Below are positions 29,201 through 36,705 of a stretch of 64,000 bases of DNA, piece after piece. Origin of the DNA: Longimicrobiales bacterium. GTDB lineage: Bacteria; Gemmatimonadota; Gemmatimonadetes; Longimicrobiales; Gaopeijiaceae. Position numbers and translations under genes: made by a program. The notes under the pieces are model-generated. The model did no database searches. It was not told the origin of the DNA and saw nothing but the letters and a program-made list of their open reading frames with translations. Each line of letters opens with the position of its first letter. Position 1 is the stretch's first letter. The stretch lies in NCBI GenBank assembly GCA_963664435.2, contig CAXXKM010000001.1, forward strand, positions 864,001 through 928,000. Reading direction: 5' to 3'.

Positions 29201-29433
29201 GTGACCTCGCCGACCGGCACTCCGGTGATGAGGTAGCGGCCCTCCGCGTTGGTCGCGGCCCCCGTGCCCTGGCCCACGATGGACACCTGGACGGCATCGA
29301 GGGGAGCCAGGGTCGCCGCGTCCGTGATCAGGCCGGTGATGCTGCCGGTCTGCGCGCGGAGCAGCGACGGGGCCGCCAGCAGGGCCAGCGCCAGAAAGGC
29401 GAGTGGCACGGTCCATACATTAAAGCGATTCAT
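26224..29433 (-). CDS. SusC/RagA family TonB-linked outer-membrane transporter
   Basis: EVVVTALGI, PLIVVDGVP, IESVTVLRGANAAALYGSRASNGV, LRPEET. Confidence 0.95.
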   Translation of the reverse strand: MNRFNVWTVPLAFLALALLAAPSLLRAQTGSITGLITDAATLAPLDAVQVSIVGQGTGAATNAEGRYLITGVPVGEVTIQAGRLGYATQTAVVTVTADAAAVADFALESEALLLEEVVVTALGITRAERSLGYSVQGIDGDELAEVRDNNVISSLTGKVAGLRVTPPAVLGGTAKMVLRGIASISGNNEPLIVVDGVPIDNSRRETAANGGTRGAVVRNRSGIDYGNMAQDIDPANIESVTVLRGANAAALYGSRASNGVVEIVTKSGRGAIGRTTITASSNFVVESPLRMVKYQNIYGGGATDDGYNWVDGRGGGENDGVDESWGPPLDGRLYPQWWSAGVAQPWLPSPMNVREYFQTGNNLTTNFAISHATERSNVRFSALRLDATGMAPRNEMERTQLALNAGVQVTDRFDLDGSFQYTQTQGHNRPAPGNGSYYAIHIFNWFQRQVDAKRMQRANEEWDPNSGVLTPNWNHNYHDNVYWVQNYRSNDDRRNRVLGQVTGNYKLAGEWLNARVRLGTDWFEQSNKEVYPFYSQDTPEGGFVEAASFHQETNIEALVTANRQLTTDFSLNVSGGANMRRNDFDLQEAGSRKLNVPGIYNVSNSAAPPLLNYVIQRKHVNSLYGLFTVGYRDFAFIDVTARNDWSSTLPEDNRSYFYPSFSGSLVFTDALQIDSDFLTYGKLRASWAKVGNDADPYQLTSVYSEVDKFGNIPGYTTSNTIPNADLRPEETRSWEIGADLRFWFDRAAVDLTYYNSITRDQILGVDVSEASGYTRQVLNAGSVQNKGIEALLTVDLLNQPGGLGWDMTFNFGKNTSEVLELAPGLESIVIGRAGGIRGAVEARPGHPYGIFFGPVWERDSAGNIIVGSNGLPIRGSSEIIDTYQPDWIGGVRSTLSYGSFTVSAQVDTHNGGQIFCGSCRLGYRTGVLYESANPTPRDWDPDRVTGRGPVVFPGVTEGGAANTVAVAPRTLATRLDDVDTEWLFENNFTKLREVAIAFDLPPAYLDNLPVSQARITLVGRNVWLWTAIPHIDPETAAIEGSTTEANLAGIEDKQFPTPRSFGINISVVH

Positions 29434-29553
29434 CGTTGTCCTCCTTGCAAGGTACTGCCCTTGGAATTGCTGATCGGATTCGAGCATTGGCTGTCCCGCC
29501 GCCGACACGCTGCCGGGAGCCCGTGGGCCCTCCGCACACCGGGTCCCTTCCGG

Positions 29554-30147
29554 CTAACCGCCCCAGCGGTAGCCGAATCCCACGCTGAACGACGCGTCCA
29601 TCTGTGATTCGTCCACGACGTGGTTCTGGTAGGTCCAGCTCGTGACGTCCGCGAAGACGAAGGCGTTGGACTCGAGGAGAATCCGCACGCCCGCGCCGAA
29701 GACGCCCGTGAACTCGGTGACGTCGTACGCGTAGCTGTTCGTGGCTTCGCCCTGCCGGTCCACCACCACCAGCCCGCCGCCTCCGAACACGTACGGTTCC
29801 ATGTTGCCGCCGGTCATGAGCAGGACCTCGACGCCGCCGCCGTAGTACTGCCGCCCCAGATCGACCGCCTCGTTGATGCCCCCGGTATTGTCGGTCCCGG
29901 ACTTGGAGGTGAGGCTGACGTCCCCGCGGATCGAGATGCGCTCGTAGAGCTGAAGCGTCGCCCCGGCGCCGAAGCGGACGCCCATCCCGAAGGACACCGA
30001 ACGATCGGCGTCGTAGCCCGCGGGGTTGTTGATGAGTCCGCCGTGGGCGGAGAGAGAGAAGCTGCTGACGGGTTCCTGCGCGTTGGCGGGCAGGGCCGCG
30101 AAGGCACCCGCAAGCACTGCGAGGACAAGTCTCCGTACACCTGACAT
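29554..30147 (-). CDS. Small outer-membrane beta-barrel protein
   Basis: Signal peptide, alternating beta-strands, PYVFGGGG, C-terminal SVGFGYRW. Confidence 0.75.
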   Translation of the reverse strand: MSGVRRLVLAVLAGAFAALPANAQEPVSSFSLSAHGGLINNPAGYDADRSVSFGMGVRFGAGATLQLYERISIRGDVSLTSKSGTDNTGGINEAVDLGRQYYGGGVEVLLMTGGNMEPYVFGGGGLVVVDRQGEATNSYAYDVTEFTGVFGAGVRILLESNAFVFADVTSWTYQNHVVDESQMDASFSVGFGYRWGG

Positions 30148-30234
30148 GGAGCCCTCCTTACTGCTGGCGAGGCGACGACCTGAGGAACCGGGAGGGCCGG
30201 CTGGTCGAGCCTCGGAAAACCTCGGAAAACCCGT

Positions 30235-30264
30235 ATTATGGGATGAGCGAAGGCCCCACGTCAA
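30235..30264 (-). promoter_or_regulatory. Putative sigma-70 promoter for the OMP-susC-susD operon
   Basis: TTGACG-N18-CATAAT on the minus strand. Confidence 0.45.
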
Positions 30265-30372
30265 GAGGTTTTGGATGTCGTGCCGCGCAGGCGCACGCTA
30301 TACTTGTTCGGAAGGCGTGTCGGGACGCGGAGAGCGCGCCGGGATGCGCTTGTCACACCAGCCGGGGACGCG

Positions 30373-32712
30373 ATGCTGCCCATCCTCCTGAGCGTGCTCA
30401 GCGCCGCGCCAGCACTGCAGGAAACGCAGACATCGGCGTATGCGGGCATCCGCGACGAGACCGAGGTTGCGGTGCCACGCCTGGAGCAGGACGCCGACAT
30501 CGACGGGTTCCTGGACGAGCCCGCGTGGCTCGCCGCCGCGGTGCTCACGGGCTTCTCCCAGTACGAACCCGTGGACCAGAGGCCGGCCGCCGACACCACC
30601 CAGGTCCTGGTCTGGTACTCTCCGACGGGCATCTACTTCGGCATCAGGGCCTTCGACGCCTCGGGATCGGTCAACGCCACGCTCGCCGACCGGGACCGGA
30701 TCGAGGGCGACGACTACGTCCAGCTGCTGCTCGACACCTTCGACGACCGGCGCCAGGCGTTCCTCTTCGGCGTCAACCCGTTCGGCATCCAGCAGGACGG
30801 CAACCGCACCGAGGGCGAGCAGGGCCGGGCGAGCCGGGGCGTGGAGGTGAGCGAGACCAATCTCACGCCGGACTACGTCTTCGACTCGAGGGGCAGGCTC
30901 ACCGACTACGGCTACGAGGTCGAGATCCACATCCCCTTCCAGAGCATCAGCTACCAGGCGTCCGACGTGCAAAGCTGGGGCATCAACGTCATCCGCAAGG
31001 TGCAGCATTCGGGGTACACCGACACCTGGACGCCCACGCGGCGGGGCGCCGCATCCTTCCTCGCCCAGTCGGGGCGGCTGTTGGATCTGCGCGACCTCAC
31101 CCGGGGCATGGTGGTCGACTTCACGCCGGCGGTGACGGCGGCGCTGAACGGCGCACCCGACGCGAGCGACGCCTGGAGCTACGGGTCGGACGCGGAGATG
31201 GGGGGCAACCTGCGCTGGGGCGTGAGCGCCAACCTCACCCTGGACGCCACCGTCAACCCCGACTTCTCCCACGTCGAGGCGGATGTGGGGCAGGTCTCGA
31301 GCAACGAGCGCTTCGCCCTCTTCTTCCCCGAAAAGCGCCCCTTCTTCCTCGAGGGCATCGATCGCTTCGACGCTCCCAACCGGCTCATCTACACGCGCCG
31401 GCTGCAGAATCCGTTGACGGGGGTCAAGCTGACCGGGAAAGTGGCCGGCATGAACATCGGCCTGCTCTCCGGCATCGACGGGGCCGTCCCGAACAGCGGC
31501 GGCGTGGACTCGAACCCCTGGTTCAACGCGCTTCGGCTGCAGCGCGACGTCGGCGGGCAGTCCACGGTCGGAATGGTCTACACGGACCGCATCCTGGGCG
31601 GCGACTTCAACCGGGTGGCGGCGGCCGACACCCGCCTCGTCTTCGGGGGCGTCTACACGATGTCCCTGCAGGGGGGCGCGAGCTTCACCCGGGCGGCGGG
31701 AACGACCACCGGGGCGCCCATCTGGGAGGCGGTCTTCCAGCGCACCGGACGCCGCCTGGTGCTCGACTATCGGATCACCGGCATCCATCCCGACTTCGAA
31801 ACCCAGGCCGGCTTCGTCAACCGCCCCGGCGTCATCCACAGCCGGACCAGCAACAGCGTCAACTTCTACGGGGGCCCGGGCGCCGTCATCGAGCGCTGGA
31901 CACCGGGATTCAGCACGATGGGCTGGTGGGGATACCACGGGTTCGGCAGCGACGCGCCGGAGGAGACCAAGACCTTCCTGTCGAGCACATTCCAGCTTCG
32001 CGGCGGATGGTCGATGCGCGTGAGCCACGGGTGGGAGAGCTACGCCTTCAAGCCCGAGTGGTACGCCGACTACGGGGTGGTCCGGCCGGGGCCGGCGGGC
32101 GCCGACACGGTGTTCTGGGACGCCCCGGACCGCATCACCGACGTGCGCGGGTGGATCACCAACGTGACCACGCCCGAGTTCTCCTCGTTCTCGGCCAGAG
32201 TCGGCGTGAACGTGTGGCAGGACGTGGGCTTCGCCGAGGCGCGCGGCGTCTGGCTCTTCCGCCCCAACATGACGGTCAACTGGCGCCCCACGGACCAGTT
32301 CCGCGTCAACTTCCTCTACAACCAGCTCACCCTCGACCGCCGCTCGGACGGGTCGAACATGTCGATCCAGCGGATTCCCCGGCTCTCGCTCGAGTACCAG
32401 ATTTCGCGCTTCCTCTTCGTGCGCCTGGTGGGCCAGTACGACTCCCTCGAGCGGGACGCGCTCCGGGCCGGCGACACCGACGAGCCCATCTTCCTCCGGG
32501 ACCCGGGCACGGGCGGATGGATGCCCTCGCGCGCTACCGAGGACAACCGGTTCACCGGGGATGTCCTGCTCTCGTACCGCCCGACCCCCGGAACCGTCGT
32601 CTTTCTCGGCTACGGCGCGGCCGTGGATGACCCCGACGCCTTCCGGTTCCAGCGCATGGTGCGGGGCGAGGACCGGTTCTTCATGAAGCTGAGCTACCTC
32701 TTCCGGCGGTAG
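30373..32712 (+). CDS. DUF5916 protein with N-terminal CBM9-like domain
   Basis: IDGFLDEPAW, LDTFDD, TVNPDFSHVEAD, FFPEKRPFFLEG, terminal KLSYLF. Confidence 0.88.
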   Translation: MLPILLSVLSAAPALQETQTSAYAGIRDETEVAVPRLEQDADIDGFLDEPAWLAAAVLTGFSQYEPVDQRPAADTTQVLVWYSPTGIYFGIRAFDASGSVNATLADRDRIEGDDYVQLLLDTFDDRRQAFLFGVNPFGIQQDGNRTEGEQGRASRGVEVSETNLTPDYVFDSRGRLTDYGYEVEIHIPFQSISYQASDVQSWGINVIRKVQHSGYTDTWTPTRRGAASFLAQSGRLLDLRDLTRGMVVDFTPAVTAALNGAPDASDAWSYGSDAEMGGNLRWGVSANLTLDATVNPDFSHVEADVGQVSSNERFALFFPEKRPFFLEGIDRFDAPNRLIYTRRLQNPLTGVKLTGKVAGMNIGLLSGIDGAVPNSGGVDSNPWFNALRLQRDVGGQSTVGMVYTDRILGGDFNRVAAADTRLVFGGVYTMSLQGGASFTRAAGTTTGAPIWEAVFQRTGRRLVLDYRITGIHPDFETQAGFVNRPGVIHSRTSNSVNFYGGPGAVIERWTPGFSTMGWWGYHGFGSDAPEETKTFLSSTFQLRGGWSMRVSHGWESYAFKPEWYADYGVVRPGPAGADTVFWDAPDRITDVRGWITNVTTPEFSSFSARVGVNVWQDVGFAEARGVWLFRPNMTVNWRPTDQFRVNFLYNQLTLDRRSDGSNMSIQRIPRLSLEYQISRFLFVRLVGQYDSLERDALRAGDTDEPIFLRDPGTGGWMPSRATEDNRFTGDVLLSYRPTPGTVVFLGYGAAVDDPDAFRFQRMVRGEDRFFMKLSYLFRR

Positions 32713-32796
32713 CGAGGGTGGTTGAAGCATAAACGCCGGCCGCGCGTTGTGTGTCCCTGAGGTAGGAGCGCGCTCGCATCACGGCTGGAGGATTCG

Positions 32797-34050
32797 ATGA
32801 ACTGGTTCCACTCCCCTCGGCTCTCTCGGCGCCGGCCGGGAACCCTCGTCGTCGCCTGTTTCCTCGGGATGGCGGCGGCCGCCGTCCTGACCACCGGCGC
32901 AACACCCCGTTCGGCCGGCAACCCGCAGGAGGAGCTGGGGCGGCTGCTGTTCTGGGATCCGGTTCTGTCGGGTCCCATGGACGTATCCTGCGCCACCTGT
33001 CATCACCCCGACTTCGCATACGCCGACGGGCGCGCGCTGTCGCTGGGTCCGGGAGCGGTGGGCCTCGGTCCGGACCGGGTCGACCTCAGCGACGGCGCGA
33101 TTCCGGTCGCACAGCGCAACTCCCCCACCCTGCTCAACGTCGCGTACAACGGGCTCGACAGGCAGCGCAGGCGGCGGCGCGGCGGGCCGCGCTTTACGCC
33201 GCTGCCCGCGGACCTCGAGACGGTCAATTCCGAGCGGGCTCCCATGTTCTGGGACCGCCGGGCGCGGAGCCTGGAGACGCAGGCGCTGCTCCCGCTCACC
33301 ATCCGCGAGGAGATGCGGGGCGACGCCTACTCCGAGGAGGTCGCGGTCGACTCGGTCGTGGCCCGGCTGCGGGCGATCCCCGAGTACGCAAGCCTGTTCC
33401 GGGAGGTGTACGGCGAGGAGACTTCCATCGACGCCACGCAGATCGCGGGCGCCATCGCGGCCTTCGAGCGCACTCTGGTCGCGCGCAACAGCCCCTTCGA
33501 CCGGTTCCTGGCGGGGGATGAGGACGCGCTCACCGTCCAGCAGCGCCGCGGCCTCGACGAGTTCAACGAGGCCGACTGCTCGGACTGTCACCGGGGCCCG
33601 ATGCTTTCCGACTTCAACATGCACGCCGAGGGCGTGGCCGAGAACCCGCTCCTGGCCGAGCCGGACGCCGGCGACGGACGCTTCCGCTTCCGAACCCCGA
33701 CCCTCCGCAACGTCGCCGTCACCGCGCCCTACATGCACAACGGCATGCTGGGCACGCTGGAGGAGGTCCTCGCCTTCTACGACCGCGGGCGCTCCGAGAA
33801 CCCCAACGTCTCCAACCGGCGGCGGCGGCGCGGCGGCGACGACCGCGGGGACGACGCTCCTGCCACGCCCGGGAGGCTCTCCGGCCGCTTCCGCGGCGTG
33901 GACGACATGACCGTGCAGGAGCAGGAGGACATCATCGCCTTCCTGGAAGCGCTCACCGATCCCGACTTCGACCGCACGATCCCGGCGCGGGTGCCCAGCG
34001 GCCTGACGCCCGGGGGGAGCATTTCGATGGCGGAGGTCACGAATCGGTAG
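32797..34050 (+). CDS. Di-heme cytochrome c peroxidase/MauG family protein
   Basis: CATCH and CSDCH heme motifs, RNSPT, FRTPTLRN, TAPYMHNG. Confidence 0.92.
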   Translation: MNWFHSPRLSRRRPGTLVVACFLGMAAAAVLTTGATPRSAGNPQEELGRLLFWDPVLSGPMDVSCATCHHPDFAYADGRALSLGPGAVGLGPDRVDLSDGAIPVAQRNSPTLLNVAYNGLDRQRRRRRGGPRFTPLPADLETVNSERAPMFWDRRARSLETQALLPLTIREEMRGDAYSEEVAVDSVVARLRAIPEYASLFREVYGEETSIDATQIAGAIAAFERTLVARNSPFDRFLAGDEDALTVQQRRGLDEFNEADCSDCHRGPMLSDFNMHAEGVAENPLLAEPDAGDGRFRFRTPTLRNVAVTAPYMHNGMLGTLEEVLAFYDRGRSENPNVSNRRRRRGGDDRGDDAPATPGRLSGRFRGVDDMTVQEQEDIIAFLEALTDPDFDRTIPARVPSGLTPGGSISMAEVTNR

Positions 34051-34137
34051 CTGGAGGTAAGCCCGGGCGAAGCCCATCCCGGCGGCGACTTGCGCCCACG
34101 CTGGCCAGCTACTCGCTTCCCGGCTTATCCTCAACCC

Positions 34138-34743
34138 ATGTCCATCCGCGAATACGCGTTGCGAGCTCTGGTTCCGGTTGCGTTGCCCTTCCTGTCCCTC
34201 GCATGCGAGAGCTACGCTCCGTCCCCGGAGGCCCTTGCCGTCACCACCCGCGAGGCCCGGGCCGCCATTGAAGCTTACGTGGATGCGGTAAATGCCCTGG
34301 ACGTCGACTCGGCGGGCACCTTCTACTCGGCCGCAGGCGACTTTGTCTGGCTTGAAGAGGGCGTGTTCAGGTACCGGTCCGCCAGCGAGTCGCGCGAGTC
34401 GCTGGCCGGATTGGCACAGATGGCGTCGTCGGCGACCCTCACTTTGTCGGACCTCACCGTGACCGCGCTTGGCCCGGAGGCAGCGGTGGCGTCGTGCCAC
34501 TTCGTGCAGGAGATCGGGATGGACGGCGGGGCTGGCTTCTCCTTCTCGGGGGCGATGACGATCGTGCTCCGCAAGGAGGATGGCCGCTGGCTCTTCGTCT
34601 CCGGTCACACCTCGTCCCCACCGGCGCAGCCGGAAGCGAGCGCGACCCGGGGCGGCGGCCGGCTGAACGTCCGCGTCACCCCATGGACTCCGGCGGATGA
34701 TCGCCAGGATCTCAACACTGATTCGCCACTATATCAACAGTGA
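34138..34743 (+). CDS. NTF2-like/SnoaL (DUF4440-like) lipoprotein
   Basis: Lipobox LAC; helix-then-sheet pattern ending GRWLFVSGHTS. Confidence 0.75.
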   Translation: MSIREYALRALVPVALPFLSLACESYAPSPEALAVTTREARAAIEAYVDAVNALDVDSAGTFYSAAGDFVWLEEGVFRYRSASESRESLAGLAQMASSATLTLSDLTVTALGPEAAVASCHFVQEIGMDGGAGFSFSGAMTIVLRKEDGRWLFVSGHTSSPPAQPEASATRGGGRLNVRVTPWTPADDRQDLNTDSPLYQQ

Positions 34744-34753
34744 AGTTGTCACC

Positions 34754-36370
34754 ATGTCACCAGTAGACACCAGTAACATGAAGCCACACAACTCCCGCCG
34801 ACCGGACGACAAGACCCGCGACCCGGACCACCCCCGCAACCCGCACCACCTCACCCGCCGCGAGTGGCTCGCCGGCGCCGGAGCCGGCACGGCGGCGCTC
34901 CTGCTCGAGCGCGACCCTCTTCGGGCGGCGGTGCGGTCGGGTGGGACGCCGGTCCAGCAGGCGAGCACCGTGGTCTTCACGAACACCACCGTCGCGAACC
35001 CGGACACCGTCCAGGACGACGTGGCGCTCGCGGTCGAGGGCAACCTCATCGCGGCCATCGGTCCCACCGACGAGGTGCTCGAGCGGTATCCCGGGGCCGA
35101 GACCTACGACGGACGCGGCAAGGCGCTCTTCCCCGGCCTCATCAACTGTCACGCCCACATGCGGGCGGTCGTCGCGCGCGGATTCAACGAGGACTTCGGC
35201 TTCCCGAACACCGCCAACCTGGCCATCTCGCCCGCGAGCCTCCTCGAGGGTGAGGAGGGCAACCTCATGGTGCAGGTCGCCGCGCTCGAGGCCATTACCA
35301 CCGGGACGACGACCATCGTCGAGTACACGGGCAACGTCCAGCGCCACGCCGGGGTGCTGGCCGATTCGGGGCTCCGCTGCGTCCTCGCCGAGGGGATCCG
35401 GGACGCGGAGAACGTGCCCGGCCCGATGTCCACTCAGGCGATGGCGCGGACGGTCAGCGAAACGCCCTGGTTTTCGGAGAGGCTCCGGGACGAGGGCATG
35501 CAGCGCATCAACGACCTGTTCAGCAGCTGGCACGGCGCGCGAAACGGCCGCATCACGGTGTTTCCGGCGGCCTCGCTCGTCGAGACTTCGTCGCCCGAGC
35601 TGCTGCGGGCGGTGCGCGACTTCGCCGAGACGAACGATCTGGGCTACACGATCCACCTGAACCAGAGCCGCGCCGAGTACGAGTTCATGGTCATGCACCA
35701 CGGCCTGCGCCCGTCCGAGTACCTGGACCGGCACGACTTCCTCGGCCCCCGGCTGTTCGCCGCGCACGCGCGTTACGTCAACCACGAGGAAATCGCGCTG
35801 CTGGGGAGGTCCGGCACCATCATCTCGCACCAGGCGGGGATGGCGGCCAATCGCGGCATCAGCCCGCCGATTCCGGAGCTGCGCACGGCCGGCTGCCCCA
35901 TCGCGCTCGGCACCGACAACAACACCAACGACGTCTTCGAGGTGATGCGCACAGCTCTGCTGACCGAGCGGATCCGGCGCAATCGCGACGGGGACGAGGT
36001 GCCCGGCCTTCAGCCTCAGCCGGAGGACATCCTGGCGGATGCGACGCAGGGCGGAGCGCTGGCGGTGCAGCAGCCGGACGCCCTCGGGACGCTGGAAGTC
36101 GGGAAGATGGCCGACCTCATCGTGGTCGACACGCTGCGGCCCCACCTCGTGCCCGCAGGACGCATCATCTCCGCGCTGGTCCACTGCGGCCACCCGGGCG
36201 ACATCGAGTCGGTCATGGTGGACGGCCGCTTTGTCATGCGCGACCGCGAAGTCCTCACCATGGACGCGGACGCCATCCTCCGGGAAGCCGACGCGGTGGG
36301 CCGGAGGATCTGGGGCCGGGTGCTGGAGGCGAGCCCGCTCAACGTGCCGAGACTTACGCGCAACGGCTGA
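34754..36370 (+). CDS. Amidohydrolase (MTA/SAH deaminase-like) with Tat signal
   Basis: TRREWL, PGLINCHAH, IHL, AAH, LGTD, GKMADL. Confidence 0.88.
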   Translation: MSPVDTSNMKPHNSRRPDDKTRDPDHPRNPHHLTRREWLAGAGAGTAALLLERDPLRAAVRSGGTPVQQASTVVFTNTTVANPDTVQDDVALAVEGNLIAAIGPTDEVLERYPGAETYDGRGKALFPGLINCHAHMRAVVARGFNEDFGFPNTANLAISPASLLEGEEGNLMVQVAALEAITTGTTTIVEYTGNVQRHAGVLADSGLRCVLAEGIRDAENVPGPMSTQAMARTVSETPWFSERLRDEGMQRINDLFSSWHGARNGRITVFPAASLVETSSPELLRAVRDFAETNDLGYTIHLNQSRAEYEFMVMHHGLRPSEYLDRHDFLGPRLFAAHARYVNHEEIALLGRSGTIISHQAGMAANRGISPPIPELRTAGCPIALGTDNNTNDVFEVMRTALLTERIRRNRDGDEVPGLQPQPEDILADATQGGALAVQQPDALGTLEVGKMADLIVVDTLRPHLVPAGRIISALVHCGHPGDIESVMVDGRFVMRDREVLTMDADAILREADAVGRRIWGRVLEASPLNVPRLTRNG

Positions 36371-36705
36371 CCCCGACGGGTCTCGACGGGATACAGCGGC
36401 TCCGACGTCCGGCGGAATCGGGCTCAGCCCCGAAGGTGCTGGCGCTCGCGGCGCCTGAGCTGGTGGAACCCGCGTAGCGGCAGTGTCTCTGGACAGGATC
36501 CCGGCGCACACGGCTGCCTGTGCGCCCGACACCGGCCCCGCGCGGGACCAGCTGCTGACCGCCCCTTGCCGCTTGTTATCCGGACACAATATTCTCATGC
36601 GCGTCAGCCGATGGCTCGCGCAATAGTCGCAATCATCAAGTGTCGCGCGACATATTGTCGTTTGGTCGCACACAACGCAACCGAAATGTGGAGGAGCGTC
36701 AGGTG

